Part shown: one piece after another, positions 51,267-61,058 of the stretch
How the letters are laid out: each line of letters begins with the position of its first letter
Position numbering within the stretch: the stretch's first letter is position 1
Assembly (NCBI GenBank): GCA_965205265.1
Contig: CBDBGH010000003.1
Location: 128,001 to 192,000 of the forward strand
Source: Alphaproteobacteria bacterium
Lineage (GTDB): Bacteria; Pseudomonadota; Alphaproteobacteria; Bin95
Length of the DNA stretch: 64,000 nucleotides
Direction of reading: 5' to 3'
Notes under the pieces: model-generated
The model's database searches: none
What the model saw: only the letters and a program-made list of their open reading frames with translations
Told to the model about the DNA's origin: nothing
Translations under genes and position numbers: made by a program

Positions 51267-54008
51267 TCAGCCGGTTTCGTCCGGGCCTGCGACCGCCTGC
51301 AGCAAGCTTTCATGCACGCGGGCGAGCTTGCCGTCATGGACGACTTTCAGCCCGAACACATCCTTGACATAGAACACATCGACCACCCGTTCGCCATAGG
51401 TGGCGATGCGCGCCGTGGTGATCCGGAGGCTGAGGTCCGAAAGGGCGCGGGCCACATCGAACAGAAAGCCCGGCCGGTCGCGCCCGTTGACCTCGATCAC
51501 GGTGTGGGTGGCGGAGGCGCGGTTGTCGATCAGCACGCGCGGCGGCACGATGAACACGGCGGTGCGCGACGGCCAGGACCGCCGGCGCCGGACCTCGCGC
51601 CGAAGGTCGATCTCGCCGCCCAGCGCCTCCCGCACCCGGCGCTCCAGCGCCTGCAATTGGCGCGCGCCGGTCACCGCATGCCCTTCGGGATCCTGGACCT
51701 GGAAGGTGTCTATCGCGATGCCGTCCGCAAAGGTGAACACCCGGGCCTCGACGACGCTCATCCCCGATGCTGCCAGCGCGCCCGCGAAACGCGCGAACAG
51801 GCCCGGGTGGTCATGTGCGCAGAACACCACTTCGGTGACCGCCCGGCTCTCGTCGATGCGGGCCTTCACGGAAAGCGCCGCGGGGTCGTCGCGGACCTCC
51901 GCGATCATGCCGGCGTGATGGACCAGCGTGTCCAGGTCCCAGGCGAGCCAGTAGCTCGCGGGCGCGGCGTCGGCAAAAGCGGCGAAGGTGTCGTCCGGCC
52001 AGCCGGGCAGGGCGGCGCGCAGTCCGTCCTGCGCCTCGCGCACCCGCTCGGCGGCGGCGAGGCGGACATCGCCGCCGGTCAGCAGTTCCTCGGTCTTGAA
52101 ATAAAGCTCGCGCAGCAAGGCGGCCTTCCATGCATTCCAGACATTGGGGCCGACCGCGCGGATATCCGCCACGGTCAGCACCAGCAGCAGCCTGAGCCGT
52201 TCCGGAGACTGCACGAGGTCCGCGAAATCGGCGATGGCGCGCGCGTCGTTGAGGTCGAGCTTAAAGGCGGCCGCGCTCATGGCGAGATGATGGCGAACCA
52301 GCCATGAGACAGTTTCGGTCTCCTCGTCGGTGAGGCCGAGCTCCGGCCCGAGCCTGAGCGCGTCCTCGGCCCCCAGCACCGAATGGTCGCCGCCGCGTCC
52401 TTTGGCAATGTCGTGCATGAAGACCGCGAGATAGAGCGCCCGGCGCGACAGCACCTTGTGGACGACCTCGGAGGCGACCGGGGTCTCGTCGCGCAGTTCG
52501 CCCTGCTCGATGCGGTGCAGGATGCCGATCGCCCGGATGGTGTGCTCGTCCACCGTGTAGGTGTGGTACATGTCGTATTGCATCTGCGCCACGACCCGCC
52601 CGAACACGGGGATGAGACGGCCGAGCAGCCCCGCCTCGTTCATCCGCCGGAGCGTGACGTCCGGCGCCTTCTCCGAGGTCATCATGTCCAGGAAGAGCGA
52701 TGCCGCTTCCGGCCGGCGGTGGAAGCCGGAATCGATCCGGTGCAGGTTCCGGGTCACTTGCCTGAGCGCCGCCGGATGGATGTCGAGTTCGTGTTGCTGG
52801 GCTTCGTGGAAGAGCTGCAGCATGGCGGCCGGGTCGTCGGCGAAGGCGCTTTCGTCGGCAAGCGTGATCCAGCCGCCTTCGGCGGTGAACGGGCCCATCT
52901 GCCGGTCGCGGGTCAAGAGCCGCGAGAGGGAGAACAGCGGCTTGCGGCGATGCTCGTCCTCGAGCGCGGCGCAGAAGATGCGCGTCAGGTCGCCGACCCT
53001 CTTCGCCACCAGATAGTAGTGCTTCATGAAGCGCTCGACCGGGCGCGCCCCGGCGCGGCTGCGATAGCCGAGCCTGCCGGCGATCTCCTGCTGGAGGTCG
53101 AAGGTCAGCCGCTCCTCGGCGCGCCCGGCCAGATAGTGCAGGTGGCAGCGGACGGTCGAGAGGAACCGCTCCGCCTTGAGGAAGGCGGCAAGCTCCGCCG
53201 GCGCGAACACGCCCTTGCCCGCCAGTTCGCCCACATTGTCCACCCGGTAAAGATACTTGGCGATCCAGTAGAGGGTGTGGAGGTCGCGCAGCCCGCCCTT
53301 GCCTTCCTTGACATTCGGCTCGACGACATAGCGGCTGTCGCCGAAGCGCAGATGCCGCTCGTCGCGTTCGGCCAGCTTGCGCTCGGCGAATTCCGGCCCC
53401 GTCTTCCTGACCAGCTCGTCGGCGAAGCGGGCGCGGAACTCGTCGTAAAGTCCGGCTTCGCCCCAGAGGAAGCGCGTCTCCAGCAGGCTGGTGCAGATCG
53501 TCGTGTCCCGCCCGGCGAGGCGGAGGCACTCATCGACCGAGCGGGTGGCATGGCCGACCTTGAGGCCCGTGTCCCAGAGCAGCAGCAGCACATATTCGAC
53601 GATCTGCTCGACCCTCGGCGTGACCTTCCAGGGCAGCAGGAACAGGAGGTCGAGGTCCGAATAGGGCGCGAGGCTGCCGCGCCCGTAGCCGCCCTGGGCC
53701 GCCAGCGCGAAGCGGTCGCCCATGGTGGGGTTGGCGGCGGGGAACGCGGTTCCCGCAACGAAGTCGAACAGGCCGCCCGCAATCCGGTCCATAGCGGCGG
53801 AAAGGTCGTTCATGGCGATGTGGGCCGGCTGCCCCGCCTCGAAGGCGGCGCGCACGGCCCCGCGCGTTTCCTCCACGCCCTCTTTCAGGATGGCGAGCAC
53901 CCGCCCCCGGTCGGTGTGCGTCTCGGAGCCCAGCGCATCGAGCCGGGCGACCGTCCGCGCCGCCTGCCGGGCGCTCTCCCCGGCATATTGCAGGGCGGTT
54001 CCGTCCAC
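51267..54008 (-). CDS. glnD: [Protein-PII] uridylyltransferase GlnD (start uncertain, 54008-54059)
   Basis: GGYGRG.LAPYSDLDL, EPNVKEGKGGLRDL, HTYTVDEH, HD domain, two ACT domains. Confidence 0.96.
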   Translation of the reverse strand: MDGTALQYAGESARQAARTVARLDALGSETHTDRGRVLAILKEGVEETRGAVRAAFEAGQPAHIAMNDLSAAMDRIAGGLFDFVAGTAFPAANPTMGDRFALAAQGGYGRGSLAPYSDLDLLFLLPWKVTPRVEQIVEYVLLLLWDTGLKVGHATRSVDECLRLAGRDTTICTSLLETRFLWGEAGLYDEFRARFADELVRKTGPEFAERKLAERDERHLRFGDSRYVVEPNVKEGKGGLRDLHTLYWIAKYLYRVDNVGELAGKGVFAPAELAAFLKAERFLSTVRCHLHYLAGRAEERLTFDLQQEIAGRLGYRSRAGARPVERFMKHYYLVAKRVGDLTRIFCAALEDEHRRKPLFSLSRLLTRDRQMGPFTAEGGWITLADESAFADDPAAMLQLFHEAQQHELDIHPAALRQVTRNLHRIDSGFHRRPEAASLFLDMMTSEKAPDVTLRRMNEAGLLGRLIPVFGRVVAQMQYDMYHTYTVDEHTIRAIGILHRIEQGELRDETPVASEVVHKVLSRRALYLAVFMHDIAKGRGGDHSVLGAEDALRLGPELGLTDEETETVSWLVRHHLAMSAAAFKLDLNDARAIADFADLVQSPERLRLLLVLTVADIRAVGPNVWNAWKAALLRELYFKTEELLTGGDVRLAAAERVREAQDGLRAALPGWPDDTFAAFADAAPASYWLAWDLDTLVHHAGMIAEVRDDPAALSVKARIDESRAVTEVVFCAHDHPGLFARFAGALAASGMSVVEARVFTFADGIAIDTFQVQDPEGHAVTGARQLQALERRVREALGGEIDLRREVRRRRSWPSRTAVFIVPPRVLIDNRASATHTVIEVNGRDRPGFLFDVARALSDLSLRITTARIATYGERVVDVFYVKDVFGLKVVHDGKLARVHESLLQAVAGPDETG

Positions 54009-54105
54009 GCGCCTTGTCCTCGCTGCCGTCAGGCGCGACCATGGGCGGCACAGGACCACCCGTCAAGGCGGCGGGCGGCGCCCGATGCAGTAATGGGAGG
54101 GGTCT

Positions 54106-54726
54106 ATGGGTAACGGGATTCTGGCGATCTGGATGGACTGCGCCGCGGAAGGCGAGGCGGATTTCAACGAGTGGTACCACCGCGAGCACTTCCCGGAGCG
54201 GGTGGGCGTGCCGGGCTTCCTCAAGGGCGTGCGCTACCGCGCGGTCGAGGCCGACCGGGGCTATTTCACCTGGTACCACACGGAGGATGTCGGCGTGCTG
54301 GCGTCGAAAGCCTATCGCGACCGCCTGAACGACCCGACCGCCTGGACGGAGCGCGTGATGCACGTCTTCCGCAACACGATCCGCTCGGCGATGACGGTCG
54401 AGGGCGAGGCGGGCGAGGTGTCCGTGGGCGCCTGGGCGGCGGTGCTGCGCGCCGACGAGGGCCTCGGCGCGGTCGATCTGGAGGCGCTGGCCGGGGCCGA
54501 AGGGGCATTGAGCGCGATGCGCTGGCATCTCGACATGGCGGCCACCGGCAGCCCGACCGCGGAAGCCTCGATCCGCGGGCCGGACACCCAGGCGGCGCGG
54601 GCGGTGCTGGTGCAGACCGCGACGGAGGGCGCAGCGCGGCGCGCGGCCGAGGCGCTCGCGGGACGGGGCGAGGTCGGCGTCTATGCGCTGATGGCCGTGC
54701 TCGCCAGCGAGGATTTGGGCGGCTAG
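54106..54726 (+). CDS. Conserved hypothetical protein (DUF4286/EthD-like)
   Basis: FNEWYHREHFPERVGVPGF motif; RBS GGAGG. Confidence 0.75.
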   Translation: MGNGILAIWMDCAAEGEADFNEWYHREHFPERVGVPGFLKGVRYRAVEADRGYFTWYHTEDVGVLASKAYRDRLNDPTAWTERVMHVFRNTIRSAMTVEGEAGEVSVGAWAAVLRADEGLGAVDLEALAGAEGALSAMRWHLDMAATGSPTAEASIRGPDTQAARAVLVQTATEGAARRAAEALAGRGEVGVYALMAVLASEDLGG

Positions 54727-54734
54727 ACGCGAAC

Positions 54735-54810
<76 letters not shown>

Positions 54811-54928
54811 ACAGATCGACCGACGACGCCTCTAGGCGGCGGCCGGGAAGCGGGGTTATGTTCAAGGCGTCGAAGCCTGTCAAGGCCCGGCCGGAGCCGG
54901 GTCCATCCGCCGGAGGCGACCGGGGCCC

Positions 54929-55228
54929 ATGAATGTCATTCTCGTGCCGTTGCTCCAGCTTCTCGATGTCGTGCTGGAGCTCTACCAGATCGTCCTGATC
55001 GTCTGGGTGGTGTTCAGCTGGCTTGCCGCCTTCAATGTCGTCAACACCGCGAACGGATTCGTCCGCACGGCGATGAACGTGCTCTGGCGGCTGACCGAAC
55101 CGGCGCTCCGCCCGATCCGGCGTTTCGTGCCGATGATCTCGGGGCTGGACTTTTCGCCGCTGATCCTGCTGTTGCTGATCTACTTCCTGCGCGGCGTGGT
55201 CGGGCGCATGATCTACTCCATGGCCTGA
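54929..55228 (+). CDS. yggT: YggT family membrane protein
   Basis: [27 protein letters not shown]. Confidence 0.92.
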   Translation: MNVILVPLLQLLDVVLELYQIVLIVWVVFSWLAAFNVVNTANGFVRTAMNVLWRLTEPALRPIRRFVPMISGLDFSPLILLLLIYFLRGVVGRMIYSMA

Positions 55229-55245
55229 GCGGGGAGGAAGCTTCT

Positions 55246-56133
55246 ATGAGCGGAGCGCGCATCATCGACGGCAAGGCGCTGGCGGCGAAGCTGCGCGGGC
55301 GGGTCGCGGCCCAGGTCGCGGCGCTGGCGGGAACCGTCCGGCCCGGCCTCGCCGTGGTGCTGGTCGGCGACGATCCGGCAAGCGCCGTCTATGTCCGCAA
55401 CAAGAACCGCGAGACGGAGGCCGCCGGCATGGCGTCCTTCGAGCACCGCCTGCCGGACGACACGCCCGAGGCGGACCTGCTGGCGCTGGTGGACAGCCTG
55501 AACCGCGACCCGGCGGTGCATGGCATCCTGGTGCAATTGCCGCTGCCGGACGGCATCGACTCCGCCAAGGTGCTGCGCGCCATCGACCCCGCCAAGGACG
55601 TGGACGGCTTCCACCCGGAGAATGTGGGCGCGCTCTGGACCGGCGCCCCGGCGCTTGCGCCCTGCACGCCGCGCGGCTGCATGACCATGCTGGCCGAGGT
55701 CCACCCGGACGGGCTGGTCGGCAAGCGCGCGGTGGTCGTCGGGCGCTCCAACATCGTCGGCAAGCCGATGGCGGCCCTGCTGCTCGCCCAGCACTGCACG
55801 GTGACGCTCGCGCATTCGCGCACGCAGGACCTGCCCGGCGTCTGCCGCGGGGCGGACATTCTGGTGGCGGCCGTCGGGCGGGCGCGGATGATCGAGGGCG
55901 ATTGGGTCCAACCCGGCGCGACGGTGATCGATGTCGGCATCAACCGCGTGCCAGCCGAGGAGGAGGGCAGGACGCGGCTCGTCGGCGATGTCGACTTCGT
56001 CGGCGCCTCGGAGGTTGCGGGCGCCATCACGCCGGTGCCGGGGGGCGTCGGCCCGATGACGATTGCCTGCCTGCTCGCCAACACCGTGACCGCAGCCTGC
56101 CGGCAGGCGGGCGTGGCGGAGCCGGAGGTCTGA
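55246..56133 (+). CDS. folD: Bifunctional methylene-THF dehydrogenase/cyclohydrolase
   Basis: [47 protein letters not shown]. Confidence 0.97.
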   Translation: MSGARIIDGKALAAKLRGRVAAQVAALAGTVRPGLAVVLVGDDPASAVYVRNKNRETEAAGMASFEHRLPDDTPEADLLALVDSLNRDPAVHGILVQLPLPDGIDSAKVLRAIDPAKDVDGFHPENVGALWTGAPALAPCTPRGCMTMLAEVHPDGLVGKRAVVVGRSNIVGKPMAALLLAQHCTVTLAHSRTQDLPGVCRGADILVAAVGRARMIEGDWVQPGATVIDVGINRVPAEEEGRTRLVGDVDFVGASEVAGAITPVPGGVGPMTIACLLANTVTAACRQAGVAEPEV

Positions 56134-56141
56134 CCGCAGCG

Positions 56142-57539
56142 ATGACCGGCATTGGCGAGGGAGCGGACGCTTCCCGAGACGGCGCGCTGGCCCGCATCCG
56201 CGAGCACTATGACAGCGGCGCGTTCATCGAGGTGCTGGCGCGGCGGGTGGCGGTGCCGTCCACCAGCCAGGACCCGGATTTCGCGCCGCATCTCTGGCGC
56301 TACCTGGAAGAGGAGATTGCGCCGGCCGCCGAAGGCATGGGCTTCGAGGTCCGGGTCGAGCCGAACCCGGAGGAGGGCGGCGGGCCGCTGCTGACGGCGG
56401 TGAGGCATGAGGACGAGGCGCTCCCGACCGTGCTCGTTTACGGACACGGCGACACCGTGCTCGGCCATGAGGGCCAGTGGCGCGAGGGCCGCGACCCCTG
56501 GACGCTCGACCGCGACGGCGACAAGCTCTACGGGCGCGGCACGGTGGACAACAAGGGCCAGCACGGCATCGCGCTCGCCGCGCTGGAGGCGGTGCTGGCG
56601 GAGCGCGGGGGGCTCGGCTTCAACGCCAAGCTGCTGGTCGAGACGAGCGAGGAAACCGGCTCGAAGGGCCTGCGCGCCTTCGCCGAAGCCAACCGGGAAC
56701 GGCTGGCGGCCGACGTGCTGATCGCCTCCGACGGGCCGCGCGTCGCGCCGGACCGGCCGACGGTTTATCTCGGCTCGCGCGGCGTTATCAACTATGCGCT
56801 GGAGATCGACGCGCGCGAGGGCGGGCACCATTCCGGCAATTGGGGCGGGCTGCTCTCCAACCCGGCGACGCGGCTTGCGAGCGCCGTCGCCAGCATGGTC
56901 GATGCGCGGGGGCGCATTCTGGTCGAGGGGCTGAGGCCGCCGCCCATGTCCAACGCCGTGCGCACCGCGATCGCCGATTGCGCCGTGGACGGCGGGCCGG
57001 GCGCGCCGGAGATCGACCCCGACTGGGGCGAGCCGGGCCTGACGCCCTGGGAGCGCGTCTTCGGCTGGAACGCGCTCGAAGTGCTGGCCCTGGGCGCCGG
57101 CGACGCAGAGCGGCCGGTGAACGCCATCCCGCCCCGCGCCCGCGCCGTCATCCAGATGCGCTTCGTCGCGGGCTCCGACGACGAGGGCTTCCTGCCCGCC
57201 ATCCGCGCCCATCTCGACGCACACGGCTTCGAGGACGTGCAGGTGGCGCCCCTGCGCACCACCATGAAGGCCACCCGCACATCGCTCGACGACCCCTGGG
57301 TGCGCCGCGTCATGGCCTCGATCGAGGAAACGCTCGGCCGCCCGCCGGCGCTGCTGCCCAATCTCGGCGGCTCGATCCCGAACGACGTGTTCACCGACGT
57401 GCTCGCCATGCCGACGATCTGGGTGCCCCACTCCTTCGCCGGCTGCTCCCAGCACGCCCCCAACGAACACGCCCTCGCCCCCCTCCTCCGCGAGGGCCTG
57501 GAAATGATGACCGGCATCTTCTGGGACATCGGCGCGTAA
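56142..57539 (+). CDS. M20 family metallopeptidase
   Basis: YGHGD, YGRGTVDNKGQ, EETGS, HSGNWGG, QHAPNE. Confidence 0.93.
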   Translation: MTGIGEGADASRDGALARIREHYDSGAFIEVLARRVAVPSTSQDPDFAPHLWRYLEEEIAPAAEGMGFEVRVEPNPEEGGGPLLTAVRHEDEALPTVLVYGHGDTVLGHEGQWREGRDPWTLDRDGDKLYGRGTVDNKGQHGIALAALEAVLAERGGLGFNAKLLVETSEETGSKGLRAFAEANRERLAADVLIASDGPRVAPDRPTVYLGSRGVINYALEIDAREGGHHSGNWGGLLSNPATRLASAVASMVDARGRILVEGLRPPPMSNAVRTAIADCAVDGGPGAPEIDPDWGEPGLTPWERVFGWNALEVLALGAGDAERPVNAIPPRARAVIQMRFVAGSDDEGFLPAIRAHLDAHGFEDVQVAPLRTTMKATRTSLDDPWVRRVMASIEETLGRPPALLPNLGGSIPNDVFTDVLAMPTIWVPHSFAGCSQHAPNEHALAPLLREGLEMMTGIFWDIGA

Positions 57540-57553
57540 CGGGGCCTGCCCGC

Positions 57554-57801
57554 TCGTTATGGGGTTTATATAGACAGGTTGACGACAGGTTTGCGAGGCT
57601 TCGCGCCTTCTCTCCAGCGTCATACGCGGACACCATATCGTCATACCCGGATTTGTTCCGGGTATCTCTCGCCATCGCTTCCGCCGGGCGGCCGCATGGA
57701 TACCCGGAACAAGTCCGGGTATGACGGAGGGGGTGTTGAGGTATGACGGAAGAAATGTCGTTGGTCTCTCTGTCAACCTGTCTTTGTAATCCTCACGACG
57801 A
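57554..57801. mobile_element. MITE-like element with 30-bp imperfect inverted repeats
   Basis: 57554-57583 TCGTTATGGGGTTTATATAGACAGGTTGAC versus reverse complement of 57772-57801 TCGTCGTGAGGATTACAAAGACAGGTTGAC (24/30 identical). Confidence 0.55.
57639..57726. repeat. Palindromic dispersed repeat
   Basis: CGTCATACCCGGATTTGTTCCGGGTATC ... GATACCCGGAACAAGTCCGGGTATGACG. Confidence 0.88.
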
Positions 57802-57811
57802 TGAGGAGGGA

Positions 57812-57845
57812 CTTGACATCATCTGTATATGTTCTATGTATGTTC
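57812..57845 (+). promoter_or_regulatory. Sigma70 promoter with overlapping alphaproteobacterial LexA (SOS) box
   Basis: TTGACA at 57813-57818; GTTC-TATGTAT-GTTC (GTTC-N7-GTTC) at 57831-57845 over the -10 region. Confidence 0.65.
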
Positions 57846-58064
57846 CAAATACCTTTTCCAACAACCCAGGGCAGGCATGATCTGGACCTGAAGAACGGGC
57901 GGACGGGTGCGGCAGGCGCAGAGGCGCGCCGCACCGATCGCACGCCCCCCGCAACCGATAGCCGGCTGTCCGCCTTCCCGCCGCATGTCCGGGCAGCAAA
58001 CGGCGACGCGCGCCCGCTGGGCGGTGTTGCATCGTTCGGCCTGTCGCAGGGCGGCGGAGAGGAA

Positions 58065-58484
58065 ATGAGAAAATCGATGACAGACAGTCTGGCGGAGAGA
58101 CGGCCGGGCCGGCCGGTCGGCGAGGAGATGAGGCGCCGGGCGGTTGCGGCGGTGGTCGAGAAGGGCATGAGCGCGCGGGCTGTGGGCCGGTTGTTCGATG
58201 TTGCCGATGTCAGCGTCTCCCGGTGGGTGCGGGCATATCTCGACGGCGGCCGGCTCCGGGCCAAGCGCATGGGCGGCCGCGCCTCGCGGATCGAGCCGGA
58301 GCGGGAGCGGATTTTCCGCATTCTGGAGGCGCGCCCGGCGATTTCCGCCCGGAAGCTGCGCGAGGCGCTGGCCGCAGAGGGGCTGGAGTTCGGCCAGTCC
58401 ACGGTGCAGCGCTTCCTGAGGCGCCACGGCCTGCAACGCGAACTGCGCCTCGCCCGCCTGCACGCCAGAAACAAGGCCCGGTGA
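58065..58484 (+). CDS. IS630-type transposase N-terminal HTH protein without DDE domain
   Basis: GGAGAGG RBS; RRRAVAAV..GMSARAVGRLFDV...VSRWVR...MGG...LREAL...STVQRFLRRHGL, then stop; no catalytic ORF downstream. Confidence 0.75.
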   Translation: MRKSMTDSLAERRPGRPVGEEMRRRAVAAVVEKGMSARAVGRLFDVADVSVSRWVRAYLDGGRLRAKRMGGRASRIEPERERIFRILEARPAISARKLREALAAEGLEFGQSTVQRFLRRHGLQRELRLARLHARNKAR

Positions 58485-58520
58485 TAGCGGCGGCCATACC
58501 CGGCCCCTGCCTCCCGATGG

Positions 58521-58558
58521 CTAAACCGGACAGTAGTGGAACGAGTCCGGCCATGACG
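58521..58558. repeat. Half palindromic repeat fused to an unrelated terminus-like sequence
   Basis: Minus strand CGTCATGGCCGGACTC-GTTC|CACTACTGTCCGGTTTAG; only one arm of the repeat family remains. Confidence 0.5.
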
Positions 58559-58680
58559 AAAGAGGTGTTGCGGGCCTCCCTGCCGACCTGTCCATGCAAG
58601 CCCGTTTCAGCCCGGAGGAGGTCCTGCACCCGTGGGCCGACGGTGTGTTACCTTCGCGCGGACCGGGAGGAGGGCACACC

Positions 58681-58830
58681 ATGTCCGGCGACAAACAGGA
58701 GGAGGACCGCCCCGATCCGGCCGCGGAAGATGCACGCGGCGAGCGGTCTTTCATCGAACACCTGCTGAACCAGCCCGAAGGCCCCGAAACCCCGCGCGCC
58801 ACGGTTGTGCCGCGGGACGTGGAATTCTGA
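58681..58830 (+). CDS. 49-aa protein resembling the C-terminal tail of Phd/YefM-type antitoxins
   Basis: GGAGGAGG RBS; RSFIEHLL..P......R....PRDVEF. Confidence 0.45.
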   Translation: MSGDKQEEDRPDPAAEDARGERSFIEHLLNQPEGPETPRATVVPRDVEF

Positions 58831-58860
58831 TCGGCCTTCGCGGCGAACAGGGAGGCTTGC

Positions 58861-59265
58861 ATGGCTAAACTTCGACATATCGCGGTCACGGTTCCGGACC
58901 TGGAGGCGGCGGCGCGGTTCTATGAGGACACCTTCGGCATGGCGCGGCAGATGCAGTCCGATATCGCGATCCTGCTTTCCGACGGCACCGTCAGCCTCGC
59001 GATCCTGAAGTTCAGGACCGACGAGCAGGCGGGCGACGAGCGCGGCAAGGACTTCCACGGCCTGCACCATATGGGCTTCGTGGTCGATGACATCGACGCG
59101 ATGAGCCGGCAGATCGAGGCCAATGGCGGGCGCTACCATATGCGGCTGCCGGACTCGGCCGAGGGCGCCACCGAGATCAAGTTCTACGACCCCAACGGCG
59201 TCGTGTTCGACATCGTCACCGCCGACTACGCCACCAACGCCTGGGGCGCCAAGGTCTCGGATTAG
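58861..59265 (+). CDS. VOC/glyoxalase family protein
   Basis: KLRHIAVTVPDLEAAARFYEDTFG, GLHHMGFVVDD, DPNGVVFDI. Confidence 0.92.
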   Translation: MAKLRHIAVTVPDLEAAARFYEDTFGMARQMQSDIAILLSDGTVSLAILKFRTDEQAGDERGKDFHGLHHMGFVVDDIDAMSRQIEANGGRYHMRLPDSAEGATEIKFYDPNGVVFDIVTADYATNAWGAKVSD

Positions 59266-59298
59266 CGCGCCGGAACGGAGGTCCGGGCGTCTCCATCC

Positions 59299-59386
59299 CG
59301 TCATGTCCGGACTTGTTCCGGGCATCTCCCTCCGCCGCTCCGGCCGGGGGGCCGCATGGATACCCGGAACAAGTCCGGGTATGACG
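59299..59386. repeat. Palindromic dispersed repeat
   Basis: CGTCATGTCCGGACTTGTTCCGGGCATC ... GATACCCGGAACAAGTCCGGGTATGACG; right half identical to the 57639 copy. Confidence 0.88.
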
Positions 59387-59559
59387 GAGGTAGGGCGTTC
59401 GGGTGTGACGGAAGGGGCATCCGGGCATAACGCGGGAGCGGTCGGGCGCTCCGAACGAGGCGATATGAACTTCGGACGCACGACATCGGCCGCGCCCGCT
59501 TGCCGGGCGGCGGGGCGGGGGGCTACAAGGCGCGTTCCTGACGAACGAAGGGAAGGCCC

Positions 59560-60435
59560 ATGACCGAGGCGGCGCTCGTTCCGCTGCTGGGGCGCATCGC
59601 CGACGCGCTGGAGCGGTTGTCGCCCGAAGGGGGGGCGGCGCCGGACCTGGCGGCCGCGGACGCCTTCGTCTGGCATGCCGAGAGCGGGCGGCTCGCGCCG
59701 GTGGCGGAGGTGAGCCATGTGGCGCTGCCGCTGCTGCGCGGCATAGACCGCGTGACCGGCATCCTGCTGGAGAACACGCGCCGCTTCGCCGAGGGGCTGC
59801 CGGCCAACAACGCGCTGCTCTGGGGGGCGCGCGGCATGGGCAAGTCCTCGCTGGTCAAGGCCATTCACGCGCAGATTGCGGCCGAGCGGCCGGGCGCGCT
59901 GGCGCTGGTCGAAATCCACCGTGAGGACATCGGCTCGCTGCCGGGCCTGCTGGCGCTGCTCCGGGGCGCCGGCCGGCGCTTCGTGCTCTTCTGCGACGAC
60001 CTCTCCTTCGACGGCGGCGACGCCACCTACAAGTCGCTCAAGGCCGTGCTCGAAGGCGGGCTGGAGGGCCGGCCGGAAAATGTCGTCTTCTACGCCACCT
60101 CCAACCGCCGCCACCTGATGCCGCGCGACATGATCGAGAACGAGCGCTCGACGGCCATTGCCCCCGCCGAGGCGGTGGAGGAGAAGGTGTCGCTCTCGGA
60201 CCGCTTCGGCCTCTGGCTCGGCTTCCACAATTGCGACCAGGCGACCTATTTCGAGATGGTGGAGGGCTATGCAGCGCATTTCGGCCTGGAGGTCGAGCCG
60301 GACGCGCTGCGCCGGCAGGCGAACGAATGGTCCGTCACGCGGGGCGCGCGCTCCGGCCGCGTCGCCTGGCAGTTCGTGCAGGACCTTGCCGGCCGGCTCG
60401 GCCGGAAGCTGAACGGGAGGGGCGGGGCGGCATGA
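59560..60435 (+). CDS. AAA+ ATP-binding protein (DUF815)
   Basis: NNALLWGARGMGKSSLVK, FCDDLSF, YATSNRRHL, SLSDRFGLWLGF. Confidence 0.93.
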   Translation: MTEAALVPLLGRIADALERLSPEGGAAPDLAAADAFVWHAESGRLAPVAEVSHVALPLLRGIDRVTGILLENTRRFAEGLPANNALLWGARGMGKSSLVKAIHAQIAAERPGALALVEIHREDIGSLPGLLALLRGAGRRFVLFCDDLSFDGGDATYKSLKAVLEGGLEGRPENVVFYATSNRRHLMPRDMIENERSTAIAPAEAVEEKVSLSDRFGLWLGFHNCDQATYFEMVEGYAAHFGLEVEPDALRRQANEWSVTRGARSGRVAWQFVQDLAGRLGRKLNGRGGAA

Positions 60436-61058
60436 TCCTGCTGATCGATAACTATGACAGCTTCGTCTACAACCTGATGCATTTCATGGGCGAGCTCGGG
60501 GCCGATATCGAGGTCCGGCGCAACGACGCTCTGACTGCCGGCGAGGCGCTGGCGATGCAGCCCGAAGCCATCGTGATCTCGCCCGGCCCCTGCGACCCCG
60601 ACAAGGCCGGCATCTGCCTCGAGCTGGTGGAGAAGGCCGCCGGGCGGGTGCCCCTCTTCGGCGTCTGCCTCGGCCACCAGTGCATCGGCCAGGCCTTCGG
60701 CGGAGAAGTGCTGCGCGCCCCGGTCTGCATGCACGGCAAGCTCTCGCGCATCCACCATGACGGCACCGGCCTGTTCGCCGGCCTGCCGTCTCCCTTCGAG
60801 GCGACGCGCTACCACTCGCTCGTCGTCGAGCGCGGGACGATGCCGGACGAGCTGGCCGTCAACGCCTGGACCGAGGACGGCCTGGCGATGGGCGTGCGCC
60901 ACCGCACGCTCGATGTCCACGGCGTCCAGTTCCACCCGGAGAGCATTGCTTCGGAGCACGGCCACCGCCTGCTCGCCAATTTCCTGACTTCGGTGGCGGG
61001 CCGCCCGCCGGCCGGGGTGCCGAAGCCGCTGCCGGAACGCCGGGTGTTCGCGGCATGA
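60432..61058 (+). CDS. trpG: Anthranilate synthase component II
   Basis: LIDNYDSF.YNL, SPGP, GVCLGHQ, RYHSL, QFHPES. Confidence 0.95.
   Translation: MILLIDNYDSFVYNLMHFMGELGADIEVRRNDALTAGEALAMQPEAIVISPGPCDPDKAGICLELVEKAAGRVPLFGVCLGHQCIGQAFGGEVLRAPVCMHGKLSRIHHDGTGLFAGLPSPFEATRYHSLVVERGTMPDELAVNAWTEDGLAMGVRHRTLDVHGVQFHPESIASEHGHRLLANFLTSVAGRPPAGVPKPLPERRVFAA

Noticed and set aside
57801-58064. N-terminal extension of the 227-aa ORF before the IS630-like HTH
   Set aside because: It spans the promoter/LexA box, has low-complexity translation, and a clear RBS precedes ATG 58065.
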